A stretch of 64,000 nt of DNA, taken from contig CP128816.1 of NCBI GenBank assembly GCA_051546255.1, positions 1 to 64,000 on the forward strand. The letters are read 5' to 3'. Below are positions 21,106 through 31,894 of the stretch, piece after piece. Numbering within the stretch: the first letter of the stretch is position 1; each line of letters opens with the position of its first letter. A program made the position numbers and the translations under genes. The notes beneath the pieces are model-generated. The model had not been told where the DNA came from. It worked only from the letters and a program-made list of their open reading frames with translations, and searched no databases. Origin of the DNA: Meyerozyma guilliermondii (Eukaryota).

Positions 21106-22659
21106 ATGGAAAAGAAAGAGGAAATAGTTTCTGTCCACCTGGGTACAGATGCAAAGGTGGTCGCCATTTCCAATGCCGACGAAACCTTGCACTTTATGAG
21201 AGAATACGATTCTCAAATTCCAGAAATCACCCCTGCTCAAGATAAGAAATTATTTCGGAAAGTACTCTTTCGGGTGCTTGGAATGACATTCCTTGTAAAT
21301 ATGATAATGTACATGGACAAGGCAACCTTATCGTACTCGTCCATTTTGGGCCTTTGGGAGAACACTGGAATTGATCAAAACAAGTATAACAACATCAACA
21401 CTTTGTTCTATGTGGGTTTTCTTTTAGGCCAGCTTCCATCGCCGTATATTCTTCAAAAGTTCCCGCTATCAAAAGTGCTCTTTGTTATCGTCGTACTTTG
21501 GTCAGTGCTCATCTTTTTGATTTGTGCAGCTTATAACTATCCTGGAATATTGATGCTTCGATTCTTTCTTGGTTTTGTTGAAGCTCTGGCAATTCCCTTG
21601 TTGACCACAACCAATGGTATGTTCATGACTAAGGATGAGCGTGCTACTATCCAGCCAATTTTCTATGCTTCATGTATGGCATCACCAATTCCAATTGGTT
21701 TCATTGCCTATGGAATTGCCTACCTTCATTCGAGCTTCCCAGGGTACAAGGTCCTCAATATAGTGATTGGTGGAGTCACCATCTTGCTCGCTGTTATAGT
21801 GTGGTTTTTCTACCCCGATAACCCAGCCAAAGCAAAGTTTCTTTCGGTTGAAGAGAAAGTGTGGGTTATCAGAAGAGTACAACGGACTCAGCTCAACACT
21901 ATAGAGCAAAAACACCTTTTTAAAAGAGCACATGCTATCGAAGCTTTCAAAGATCCAATTTCTTGGTTGATAACCGGGTTCTTCTTGCTTCAGCAGTTGG
22001 CGAACAATTTGACTTATCAGCAAACGCTTCTTTATGAAGAAATGGGCGGGGTTTCAAATCTAGGACTGACTCTTGTGACTGTAGCTGGTGCCGGATATGC
22101 GGTCTTATGGGCATTATTTGCCAGTGGAGTGATGTATTTCTTCCCCAATACCACCTGTTTCTGTGTCATATGGTCCACGTTGCCTGCTTGGGTTGGATCG
22201 ATTGCTGCCGTCAGCCTTAACTTAAAGAACTCAATTGGAATGTTGGCCGTGACTTGTATGGCTTCACTGTCTTTTGGAGTACCTTGGATTTGTGCCTTTG
22301 GCTTGGCAGCGTCAACGGCTGGAGCCTCTTACTCTAAGAGACTTACCAGAAATTCCATGGTTATGGGCGCTTATTCTGTGGCCAACATCATATCCCCACA
22401 ACTCTGGCAAAGCCGTGATGCTCCGAGATACGTTCCTGCCTGGATTGTTCAGATTGTTCTTAGTTTTACCATCGCTCCTGGCTTGATTGGAATAGTGTGG
22501 ATCATTTTGAGCCGGAGAAATAAAGCGAGACTTGCTGCATTGCACGAAGGCGATCGTACTGGATACGTCGAAGACGAGTCTGGGGCCAAAATAGAAGTCG
22601 ATGTTGCAGCATTGGACTTGACAGATTTGGAGGACAAGACCTTTATATACCCATTATGA
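21106..22659 (+). CDS. MFS allantoate-permease (DAL5/ACS) family, most like the cysteine transporter YCT1
   Basis: Motifs MDKATLSYSSILG, LRFFLGFVE, LQQLANNLTYQQ, PQLWQSRDAPRY, LDLTDLEDKTFIYPL. Confidence 0.8.
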   Translation: MEKKEEIVSVHLGTDAKVVAISNADETLHFMREYDSQIPEITPAQDKKLFRKVLFRVLGMTFLVNMIMYMDKATLSYSSILGLWENTGIDQNKYNNINTLFYVGFLLGQLPSPYILQKFPLSKVLFVIVVLWSVLIFLICAAYNYPGILMLRFFLGFVEALAIPLLTTTNGMFMTKDERATIQPIFYASCMASPIPIGFIAYGIAYLHSSFPGYKVLNIVIGGVTILLAVIVWFFYPDNPAKAKFLSVEEKVWVIRRVQRTQLNTIEQKHLFKRAHAIEAFKDPISWLITGFFLLQQLANNLTYQQTLLYEEMGGVSNLGLTLVTVAGAGYAVLWALFASGVMYFFPNTTCFCVIWSTLPAWVGSIAAVSLNLKNSIGMLAVTCMASLSFGVPWICAFGLAASTAGASYSKRLTRNSMVMGAYSVANIISPQLWQSRDAPRYVPAWIVQIVLSFTIAPGLIGIVWIILSRRNKARLAALHEGDRTGYVEDESGAKIEVDVAALDLTDLEDKTFIYPL

Positions 22660-24080
22660 GATACGGCAAGAACAATAGAACAATAAAGTAAAGAACAAGT
22701 GACAAGAACAAGAGCGCAGTGAGTTGCACCCAGGAACCTCAGAGTTGTAGCAAAGCTTGAATCGACGAGATTTGGACAAACTCTGTCTGACTAAGTTGAG
22801 TCGCGACGGCTAGACGAGTCGGCTAGTGAATATGTGGTGGGAGATATTAGGCGCCATTGCATAGTCCACTTCAGTCGAGTACAACTTTAAACAGCAATGA
22901 TGTTTCCAAAAAGGGACACAAAAAAACACGAAAGTGGTTAGGTAATTCTCTGATGCGAAAAGAAACAGGTACGATACTTTGAGATTGGCGGCGATCACAG
23001 AAAGACTTGGCACTTAAGCAATTCTTATGGGCCCATCGACTTTTACGAGCAAAAGTCTTTTTGAGCTAAATGCTGCATTTGATACAGCCAGAGTCAACAT
23101 AGACAAACCAGGAAGCAGTAGATAACGATTGGTTCGCAGCCGGCAGTTGAGTTGCAACTTTATGCCTTGAAGTAGTAATAAATATTTTTGGACAACTTAT
23201 TCTTCTTTAAGCGGACGGCATCCAAGACCCAAAAATGGGTGCAAAATGAATGAGAAAATAACCCAGCATGCATCAAATACGCACAACGTGCGGCTCTTCG
23301 AGTCTTTAAGATCAGTTCTTTCACATGGATGATATTTTTACCGACTTAATCCGGGGTGCATCAGGCGTTTTACAGCACTATTGTACTGTTATAATATTTT
23401 TCCCTATACGAAATTTTTTGCCAGCCTTAGCTTCGTTTTCAGCCAAGTCGTCGATTATTGTAGAAATCGAGGTCTCGTAAATTGCTAAACAATAAGGAAG
23501 TAATTCATGGACCAATTGACTCGTAATAACTAGCAAATCCAATCCATGTGAGCTCACACATTGGTGATTGTGGTTCAGAAAGATGGGTCGAAATAAAGCT
23601 AATTGAAGCTCGCTAAAAATTACTGGCATCAATTAAATATCTGCCCAGCGTCGCAAGTACATCCGCTCGTCGCGAAGGACTAAAGAAGACATGCGGTTAC
23701 ATCATGCATGAAAACGAGTCCAAGCGCCATGCATATTTTGTGGAAAGTTATCTCGACCATTTTAGTTGTTCCAAAACTTTGTAAGACTACCAAATACACA
23801 ACCTTCGTCCCTTCAAGTTCACAAGGTTTCTCGGTGTTGTAAAAAGACGCCAACTGCTAGAAACCTGAAGGTTTTAAACCCAGGATTTGCATTTGGGATG
23901 CGTCAGCTAGCAGTAAGTTTCTAGCATAACCTGCGATGCATACGACTTATTTCGATGATGCGTTTAACCGCCGAAACCGCAACCAGTCGCAACACGCTTT
24001 TGACGAACCAATTGGGTGATCGTTGCATCAACGTTTCTCTCTTATATAAGAGTATTCCCCACCGGATATTCATCCAAAAG

Positions 24081-27000
24081 ATGCGGATTTACTCGCTTAT
24101 CGCAGCAGCTTTGCTGGTTACCGGAGCATTGGGTATCACGATATCTCAAGATACAGTGACTCTGGGTCCACTTAATGCTTTCGTTGGTCTTACAAAGGTC
24201 GACGCTGGTGCATATTGGTCCATCGTCAACAATGCCGTTTCTAGTTTTTTGGGAAGTCTTCAAGTGGATGGAAAGCTCTTCATTAGCAGTAATACCAATT
24301 TGATAGGTTTGACTGTTGAATTGCTCGGTGTTCTCAATTCAATCACCAATAATGGAGATATTTCTCTTGACTCCTCAAAGTCGATTTTAGCTCCCAACTA
24401 TAACCTTATTGGCGCCCTGTTCACCAACAACGGAAATATGTGGCTCGCTGGTGATGGTAGTGTTGGTACACCGCAAATGTCAATCACTTCTCTTAGCTGG
24501 AATAATAAGGGACTTATCGTTTTCCAACAAAAAGTCTTATCAAGTGGTTTCGTTACCTTGGGTGCAGTCGGCACTAGTATCCAAAACGATGGTACCATCT
24601 GTTTGATAAACGAAGTTTATTCACAAACCACTGCTATTAAAGGAAGTGGTTGTTTTGACATTGGTGCCAAAAGTAATGTGTGGATTCAAAACTCTCTCTT
24701 GAGTGTTGACCCTAACCAAACGTTCTACTTGAGCAGTCCATCGTCTAGTATGAGAGTTGAAGCGCTTTCATTGAGTCAAACCTTCAAGGTTGCTGGGTTC
24801 GGAAATGGAAACGTTTTGGGGATCAGTCTTCCAATTTTCAGCTTCCTGTACAGTCCAGTAACAGGTATTTTGAAGATAAATACCTCGCTCCTCTTCTCGT
24901 TCAACTTTAATATCGGAACAGGTTATGACCCTACTAAGTTCGAGAGGTTCACTACCGACTTCGGAGGAATACTTACGACTGTGATCAACGGAGGTATCAG
25001 GTATAACGGACCTGTACCATCAGGAGCCACGCAGCCTACTGCTTGTAAGGCTTGTCTTCCATTGCCAACACCTCCACAACCTTCGTCATCGTCGAGTCTG
25101 AGTTCATCTAGTGCACCACCTTCGTCAAGTGCTTCTTCAAGTGCACCACCTTCATCTAGTGCACCATCTTCGTCAAGTGCACCAGCGTCGTCGAGCGCTC
25201 CATCTTCTTCTAGTGCTCCAGCTTCGTCTAGTGCACCATCCTCATCTAGTGCACCATCCTCATCTAGTGCACCATCTTCTTCTAGTGCACCATCCTCATC
25301 TAGCGCTCCAGCTTCGTCAAGTGCTCCTTCTTCGTCTAGCGCTCCGGCTTCTTCAAGTGCTTCGTCTAGTGCTCCAGCTTCATCAAGTGCTTCGTCTAGC
25401 GCCCCAGCTTCATCTTCAAGTGCTCCATCTTCATCTTCTGGATCATCTTCTTCAAGCGGACCATCCTCATCTTCTGGACCATCTTCGTCTAACGGACCAT
25501 CTTCTTCTGGTGGACCATCTTCGTCAAGTGGACCTTCGTCGTCAAGAGGACCTTCTTCATCTTCTGGACCTTCCTCCGCTGGACCTTCCTCATCTTCTGG
25601 CAGTGGTGGACCAACGGGACCTTCTTCATCTTCGGGCAATGGAGGCCCTACTGGACCTTCTTCATCTTCTGGAAATGGAGGCCCAACTGGACCAACTGGA
25701 CCTTCTTCATCTTCTGGAAATGGAGGCCCAACTGGACCAACTGGACCTTCTTCATCTTCTGGAAATGGAGGCCCAACTGGACCAACTGGACCTTCTTTAT
25801 CTTCTGGAAATGGGGGCCCAACTGGACCAACTGGACCTTCTTCATCTTCTGGAAATGCGGGCCCAACTGGACCTTCTTCTCTTTGTCCAGGATGCACAAA
25901 GTTCCCAACCACTTTTGTCTCAACAAAGACTGATGGCTCTATCGAAACTGACACTGGAAACTATGTCATCACAACGGACACGACTGGACATTTGACAACT
26001 TACACCACTGATATTGGACCTCTTTGTCCAGGATGCACAAAGTTCCCAACAACTTTCGTTAGCACCAAAACCGATGGCTCGATTGAAACTGACACCGGAA
26101 ACTATGTTATCACAACTGACACGACTGGTCACTTAACCACATACACCACTGATATTGGACCTCTTTGTCCAGGATGTACCAAGTTCCCAACAACTTTCGT
26201 TAGCACCAAAACCGACGGCTCAATTGAAACTGACACTGGAAACTATGTTATCACAACGGACACGACTGGTCACCTAACCACATACACCACTGATATCGGA
26301 CCTCTCTGCCCAGGATGCACAAAGTTCCCAACCACTTTTGTCTCAACAAAGACTGACGGCTCAATTGAAACTGACACCGGAAATTATGTTATTACGACCG
26401 ACAATGGTGGACATTTGACAACTTATACCACTGATATTGGACCTCTCTGTCCAGGATGCACAAAGTTCCCAACAACTTTCGTGAGTACCAAAACCGACGG
26501 CTCAATTGAAACTGACACTGGAAACTATGTTATCACGACGGACAAGACTGGTCATTTGACAACTTATACGACTGACATTGGACCTCTCTGTCCAGGTTGC
26601 ACAAAGTTCCCAACAACATTTATCTCAACGAAGACTGATGGTTCTGTTGAAACTGACACTGGAAACTATGTGATCACAACCGACAAAGGAGGACACTTGA
26701 CAACCTACACCACCGACATTGGACCTCTTTGTCCAAAGTGTACGAAATTCCCAACGACTTTCACCACCAAGACCGATGGTTCTGTCAAGACCAAGACTGG
26801 AAATGTTATCGTTACCACCGACTCAAAGGGCCACTTAACCACATACACCACTGATATTGGCCAACTTTGTCATGTTTGTACAGAGTACACCACTGTGTGC
26901 CCAGCTAGCAGTGGTACTGGAAAGATAACCAGCAAAGTGATTGTAACCACAAGCGGAGCTGTTACCTACACCACCACGGTTCCATGTGACACAGTTCAAG

Positions 27001-27326
27001 CTGTCAGCACCACAGTCGTCACTATCACCAGTTGCCACAAAGACAAGTGTTCTACTGGAGTTGTTACCACTGGAGTCGCTACATTTTCCAAGTCCAACAC
27101 CGTTTATACCACATTTGTGCCATTATCCAGTGTTGCTGTGGTGACAAATCCTCCTAAATCTGCTGCCCCAGCAGTTTCTGGTGCTCCTCCCGTCACGTTA
27201 TCTTCGTCAAAAACCACCCTCGCATCACTCTCGAGAACCATCTCAGTCGCTCAAGGAGCCGGTGAAATGAATTCTCCTTTCTCCTTTGCGGTTGCTGGTG
27301 CTTTATTCTTGGGAATGTTGTTCTAA
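24081..27326 (+). CDS. Hyr/Iff-family GPI-anchored cell-wall adhesin (paralog 1)
   Basis: Signal peptide (MRIYSLIAAALLVTGALG), Hyphal_reg_CWP-like domain (GAYWSIVNN, NDGTICL, VAGFGNGN), Ser-rich and GPT-rich stalk, seven Thr-rich CxxC repeats, hydrophobic GPI tail. Confidence 0.9.
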   Translation: MRIYSLIAAALLVTGALGITISQDTVTLGPLNAFVGLTKVDAGAYWSIVNNAVSSFLGSLQVDGKLFISSNTNLIGLTVELLGVLNSITNNGDISLDSSKSILAPNYNLIGALFTNNGNMWLAGDGSVGTPQMSITSLSWNNKGLIVFQQKVLSSGFVTLGAVGTSIQNDGTICLINEVYSQTTAIKGSGCFDIGAKSNVWIQNSLLSVDPNQTFYLSSPSSSMRVEALSLSQTFKVAGFGNGNVLGISLPIFSFLYSPVTGILKINTSLLFSFNFNIGTGYDPTKFERFTTDFGGILTTVINGGIRYNGPVPSGATQPTACKACLPLPTPPQPSSSSSLSSSSAPPSSSASSSAPPSSSAPSSSSAPASSSAPSSSSAPASSSAPSSSSAPSSSSAPSSSSAPSSSSAPASSSAPSSSSAPASSSASSSAPASSSASSSAPASSSSAPSSSSGSSSSSGPSSSSGPSSSNGPSSSGGPSSSSGPSSSRGPSSSSGPSSAGPSSSSGSGGPTGPSSSSGNGGPTGPSSSSGNGGPTGPTGPSSSSGNGGPTGPTGPSSSSGNGGPTGPTGPSLSSGNGGPTGPTGPSSSSGNAGPTGPSSLCPGCTKFPTTFVSTKTDGSIETDTGNYVITTDTTGHLTTYTTDIGPLCPGCTKFPTTFVSTKTDGSIETDTGNYVITTDTTGHLTTYTTDIGPLCPGCTKFPTTFVSTKTDGSIETDTGNYVITTDTTGHLTTYTTDIGPLCPGCTKFPTTFVSTKTDGSIETDTGNYVITTDNGGHLTTYTTDIGPLCPGCTKFPTTFVSTKTDGSIETDTGNYVITTDKTGHLTTYTTDIGPLCPGCTKFPTTFISTKTDGSVETDTGNYVITTDKGGHLTTYTTDIGPLCPKCTKFPTTFTTKTDGSVKTKTGNVIVTTDSKGHLTTYTTDIGQLCHVCTEYTTVCPASSGTGKITSKVIVTTSGAVTYTTTVPCDTVQAVSTTVVTITSCHKDKCSTGVVTTGVATFSKSNTVYTTFVPLSSVAVVTNPPKSAAPAVSGAPPVTLSSSKTTLASLSRTISVAQGAGEMNSPFSFAVAGALFLGMLF
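25083..25883 (+). repeat. Coding minisatellites: (APSSSS)n, (GPSSSS)n, then (GPTGPTGPSSSSGNG)n
   Basis: 18-bp and 45-bp near-perfect units are visible in the DNA. Confidence 0.85.
25884..26867 (+). repeat. Seven 141-bp (47-aa) Hyr1-type repeats (last unit 138 bp)
   Basis: CPGCTKFPTTF...TTDIGPL recurs every 141 bp from 25884 to 26730. Confidence 0.9.
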
Positions 27327-28178
27327 ACTTGACCTAATGTGACACGAACCATATTATTATTGCGGGCGCTGGCAGGTTCCTTACAGCTCTATTTGTTAAA
27401 TTCTGGTTTTCTAAATCACGCCAAAAGTTCAATTTGAACATTTGAGTCTTGTTTATATTCTACTCGTACGCGAGCACTTTTAATATATGATATCCTTTTT
27501 CATGCTGTAAACGTGAGTGAGACTTTCGTGTTGTAGCGAAACGCGAAAGATCAAGTTCTCAAACTAAAGAAGACCATGGATAATGTACAGGATTAGACAT
27601 AGAAATAATTGATGCAATTTTGCAGACAAAGACAAGTACCTTCTTTTTAGATCTTACACATTTGGCTCTCTTGGGTGAAAAATAGATTTACGAAGTAATC
27701 AGATCAATCTTGTACAACTATTTACTATCTTAAAGAATTTAATGAGGTGACAACATATAATTCTCTTGGCACACTCTTACCATCATATTCGACCTTTAGA
27801 GAATGGTCTAGATACCATTGGAATCCTGAATATCACAAATGAAACCAAGCAATTTTCTCATTTGTTCCCCTCAGTGCGGTTTATTCCTGAAATGAGGAGA
27901 TCCATGGATCACAAGCGTTGCTGATCTTTATCCCTTGTCACTTGCGCCTGGTGCCGGCTTTGTTCTCCGTCCTCTACGAATAAATACCGCATGTCGCTTA
28001 GGCTGCCATATGGGGTATGAACTACGCGCGTCGTTAACTACGCGCAGCCGTTACCCCACATGCCCCCCACAATTTCGCAGCCGCATTTCCAAGAACGACT
28101 CACGAGACTTGTCATTGTGAGTCTCCCAGCTATATATATTCTTTGCATGTCTGCTTTGAGTATTCATTCTTCACTATC

Positions 28179-29714
28179 ATGTCAACTCAATTTTGGAAAC
28201 CAGGAAAACAGGTGAGCTACGCAGTAACATTTACTTGTGAGCTCGCATTCATTCTCTTCGGAGTCGAACAAGGTATTGTGGGAAACTTGATTGATGGTGA
28301 AAACTTCTTGAATCAGTTTGGACACCCTACGGGCAGCTACTTGGGAATTATAGTTTCAATCTATACGCTCGGATGCTTTTTTGGTTGCATTCTCACATAC
28401 TTTGTTGGTGACTATTTAGGGCGCCGGAAGACTATTGCAGCAGCTATGGTATTAGTGATTGTTGGAGTTGCTCTTCAAACTAGTGCTTTCACGGTAGCAC
28501 ACTTGATGATAGGAAGGTTTATTTGTGGTCTTGGTACCGGAATGGAAACTAGCTCGGTTCCCATGTATCAAGCTGAGCTTTCTCGTCCGGAACTTCGTGG
28601 TCGACTTGTGTGCTCCGAAGCATTGTTTGTTGGAGTTGGTTTAGTTTATGCTTATTGGTTCACTTATGGGATGTCGTTCACCTCAGGAGCCATTGTATGG
28701 CGGCTTCCAATTGCTACACAAATAATTTTTGCAGCGGTGGTTCTTGGTCTTACTTGCACCATTCCAGAATCGCCTCGGTACTTGTACTTCAAGGGTCGGA
28801 AAGACGAGGCCAAAAAGGTTCTCTGCTATGTATTTGGGAAGCCAGAAACCGATCCGGAGATTACTAGTTTGTACCAAGAAATCGAGGAAGCCATGATACT
28901 TGAGAGTACTGAAGGTGCGTATTCTTGGAAAAAACTTCTCGTTAAAGACACAGCCAAAACCCGCCATAGAGTGCTTTTGGCATACATGTCAATGTTTGCT
29001 CAACAGGTTGGAGGAGTTAACTTGATAAACTACTACATAACCACGGTTTTGATCAATAACGTTGGCATAGAACGTAACTTGGCTATGATTCTTGCAGGAT
29101 GTACAGTCATTTGCTTTACAGTTGGATCCTTGGTGCCCTCATTCTTCAGTGATTCGCTTGGAAGAAGATTACCATTAGTGTATGGATATATTGGATGCGG
29201 AGTATCCATGCTTTTCATAACTATTCTTTTGAGTTTCCAAGACAATAGTCGGTTGAAAGAGTCCACGGGATCGGCTGCGGTTGCCTTCTTCTTCCTTTTC
29301 CAGCTTATATTTGGTGCTTCCGGTAACTGTATTCCTTGGGTAATTGTGCCAGAGATACTTCCTTTGCATGCAAGAGCCAAGGGAACTGCTATTGGTATTT
29401 CTGCCAACTGGTTGTGGAATTTTTTTGTGGTGGAAATAACCCCAACTATCATCACCAACATCAAGTGGAGATCGTATCTCATATTCACGGTAACGAACTT
29501 TGCATTTGCATTGATGTTCTACTTTTTCTACCCCGAAACCAAAGGGCTCACCTTGGAGTCAATCGACAAACTCTTTTCCGAAAACAGCACGATGCTTATG
29601 GGATTCGTTGACACCAAACAATACCGCAATACTCCGCTAGAAGAATGGGACTCCGGGACTTCCAATGCGAAAAGCATTAGTTTGCAACATGTTGAATCAG
29701 TAGGATCTAGTTAG
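28179..29714 (+). CDS. Sugar porter (MFS), STL1-like sugar/polyol transporter
   Basis: Motifs GDYLGRR, GRFICGLG, PESPRYL, QQVGGVNLINYY, PEILPLHAR, PETKGLTLE. TATA-like run at ~28131. Confidence 0.9.
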   Translation: MSTQFWKPGKQVSYAVTFTCELAFILFGVEQGIVGNLIDGENFLNQFGHPTGSYLGIIVSIYTLGCFFGCILTYFVGDYLGRRKTIAAAMVLVIVGVALQTSAFTVAHLMIGRFICGLGTGMETSSVPMYQAELSRPELRGRLVCSEALFVGVGLVYAYWFTYGMSFTSGAIVWRLPIATQIIFAAVVLGLTCTIPESPRYLYFKGRKDEAKKVLCYVFGKPETDPEITSLYQEIEEAMILESTEGAYSWKKLLVKDTAKTRHRVLLAYMSMFAQQVGGVNLINYYITTVLINNVGIERNLAMILAGCTVICFTVGSLVPSFFSDSLGRRLPLVYGYIGCGVSMLFITILLSFQDNSRLKESTGSAAVAFFFLFQLIFGASGNCIPWVIVPEILPLHARAKGTAIGISANWLWNFFVVEITPTIITNIKWRSYLIFTVTNFAFALMFYFFYPETKGLTLESIDKLFSENSTMLMGFVDTKQYRNTPLEEWDSGTSNAKSISLQHVESVGSS

Positions 29715-29741
29715 ACAGAAATTTATGATGATGGATTTCTT

Positions 29742-31520
29742 TCATGTAGATGGAGAATTATCTCCGTTCCAATAAGCCTCCAAATCTCTCGCTCGAAACC
29801 CCAGCTGCCAGCCAGTGGTGGACTCGATTTTATGTAACAAGTTTAGCACAATTTCATGTTCCTCTTTACTACTAAGCAATTGACCCGCAATCCAAAGAGG
29901 CTGCAACGCATTGTTCCAGGAACCATGGTGCTCGTTGTGAAGACTAATAGCACATATTCTTTTAGCATGCCAAACTGGAGACCGTACATGCTCCAGAAAT
30001 ACGATTTTGTGAGCCCGGGGCTTGTTTTGGGTCAAAAGAATCACAGTCATATGGTAAAGTTGATTCGAAGAAATTGCCGGTCCATTCATATAGAGTATAC
30101 CGGGAAAAGGAGTTTGTTCGGTTTCCATTATAGGCATTAGTTGAAAAGGCCGATTCTTGTGCCATTCACTAACTTCGTCCCATACTTGTTTCCATTCAAT
30201 TGCATAGTCTTCTCTATCATTTGCTATCAAGTTGAGAACTCGAGCACATAAAAAAACCATGTAATTTGCATACATATCCTCCTGGTTTCCAAAAGAGGTG
30301 AATAGCGATTTCAGGTCGGATACACTGCAATCATTGGGTAACCATTTTTCCGAAGGTATCAAAGTGGGTTGCTCCCCTATAACTGCGGAAATGACATCCA
30401 TTCGAGCATAGCACCAGAAAAGTCCTCTCTGAAGAGGTTCGCAAAAACCATGGATATTGTGTGTCTTGAAAAGAGAAGCACATCCTTCAAGATGGTACCT
30501 CCAGGTTTTAGGAGATGAAGACATGAGCTCCAAGACACAGAGAATAACACAAGCGCAGATAATCGAGGTATCCAAGCAATCTTTAACGGTGGGAATTAGG
30601 TATCTGAGCGAATCACGATACAACGACAAGGTTATACTGGGAGAATACTTGTTGTCTCGTTGTTCCTTTTGTCTCGAAGCAATGGTTAAAATGGTGTAAA
30701 ACAATGCGTCGCTTCTAGTCGCAAGCAGAGGAATGACGGTCCCAAACTGCCTAGAGCCATCGAACATATCAAGCCATGGTGCAATCTCGTAAAGGTAAGT
30801 TTTGTATAAATCCAACTTTTCACTTTCTGTAATTTGTTCCTTAAAGGTTGTGTTCGTTGGTTGTTCTCCCGTCAATTGAGTGCTAGAGTCTTTCAACAAC
30901 TCAGGCATGGGAGATTGTAAGATATTAGTGAAGTCCACCGCCAGAACGTCGGCAGGAGAATTCATCGATGACGATGCAACATTTGTAAAGATATAATCTC
31001 TAAATGTTCTGTGTAAGCTTCTATAATGTAGAAACGGACTGAGATCGGTAGATATGTCCAGCAATTCATTCGGTGGTTCATCAGCTGAAAATTGATCGAC
31101 AAACGGCACCAAGGACTGGGGTTCATTTTTCATGATAGAGTTGCTGTGAGACATCGAACGAGATGGAGAAAGAAGTTCGTATCTCATACCATCTTGTTCT
31201 CCCGTATTCATAATGTTGTGAAGCTTGGGAGTAGTAGTCGACATCATAGGAGGGGTCCGTTGGGTCTCATTATTGTTGAGTGTTTCTTGAAGACGTTTTG
31301 AATAAACTTTAAGAGACTCTTCTTTTGTTGAGTTATTTGTTCCGTTCGATACCACCTTGTTCACAAACCTGCCACTCAAAGAGGGCCAAATGCAGTTGTT
31401 ATTTCGTTTAACACATCTCAGACATTTTGGCTTGAGTTCATCACATTTCTTATGAATCTCTCTACATTTAAGACACCCCGTTTTAACCCGATTTCGCGTA
31501 GATTTGGCTTCTTTCACCAT
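29742..31520 (-). CDS. Zn(II)2Cys6 transcription factor with a Fungal_trans_2-type C-terminal domain
   Basis: CxxC-x6-C-x6-CxxC-x6-C binuclear cluster at the N-terminus; APWLDMFD, WRYHLEG, FWCYARMD. Confidence 0.92.
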   Translation of the reverse strand: MVKEAKSTRNRVKTGCLKCREIHKKCDELKPKCLRCVKRNNNCIWPSLSGRFVNKVVSNGTNNSTKEESLKVYSKRLQETLNNNETQRTPPMMSTTTPKLHNIMNTGEQDGMRYELLSPSRSMSHSNSIMKNEPQSLVPFVDQFSADEPPNELLDISTDLSPFLHYRSLHRTFRDYIFTNVASSSMNSPADVLAVDFTNILQSPMPELLKDSSTQLTGEQPTNTTFKEQITESEKLDLYKTYLYEIAPWLDMFDGSRQFGTVIPLLATRSDALFYTILTIASRQKEQRDNKYSPSITLSLYRDSLRYLIPTVKDCLDTSIICACVILCVLELMSSSPKTWRYHLEGCASLFKTHNIHGFCEPLQRGLFWCYARMDVISAVIGEQPTLIPSEKWLPNDCSVSDLKSLFTSFGNQEDMYANYMVFLCARVLNLIANDREDYAIEWKQVWDEVSEWHKNRPFQLMPIMETEQTPFPGILYMNGPAISSNQLYHMTVILLTQNKPRAHKIVFLEHVRSPVWHAKRICAISLHNEHHGSWNNALQPLWIAGQLLSSKEEHEIVLNLLHKIESTTGWQLGFRARDLEAYWNGDNSPST

Positions 31521-31894
31521 TGGACATTAGACTAGTGGAGGGACTTGTAAATCAAGTATTAGATGGACTAAATGTTTAGCTGGGTATTAGTAGTAAAGCT
31601 AGATTCAAGGTTAGGTAGCTCAAGTAAAATACTGCACACAATCAATTGTCTAATAAAGTTGAAATAAAGAACAACAACTATAGACTCCCGATAAGTGGGG
31701 TCACACGCCCTGGTCACAGCCTTGGTTTCAGCCACGGGTTTCGGAATTTGAAAATTTCCACTTTTCCCCGAAAAATTTCACATTGGACAATGCATGTTAC
31801 CCCAGATTCTATACCCAAAGAGGAAATTTTTGCCGCAGTACGGGGATTATTTCGGGTGTTAAAATTTCATTCAAATTGTATTCAAATTGGTACA

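Noticed and set aside
24923..25995. Long antisense and alternative-frame ORFs (343 aa acidic, 294 aa His/Leu-rich)
   Set aside because: Shadows of stop-free coding minisatellites in adhesin 1.
25884..26867. Regular repeats as a CRISPR-like array
   Set aside because: No unique spacers; these are in-frame protein repeats in a eukaryotic gene.
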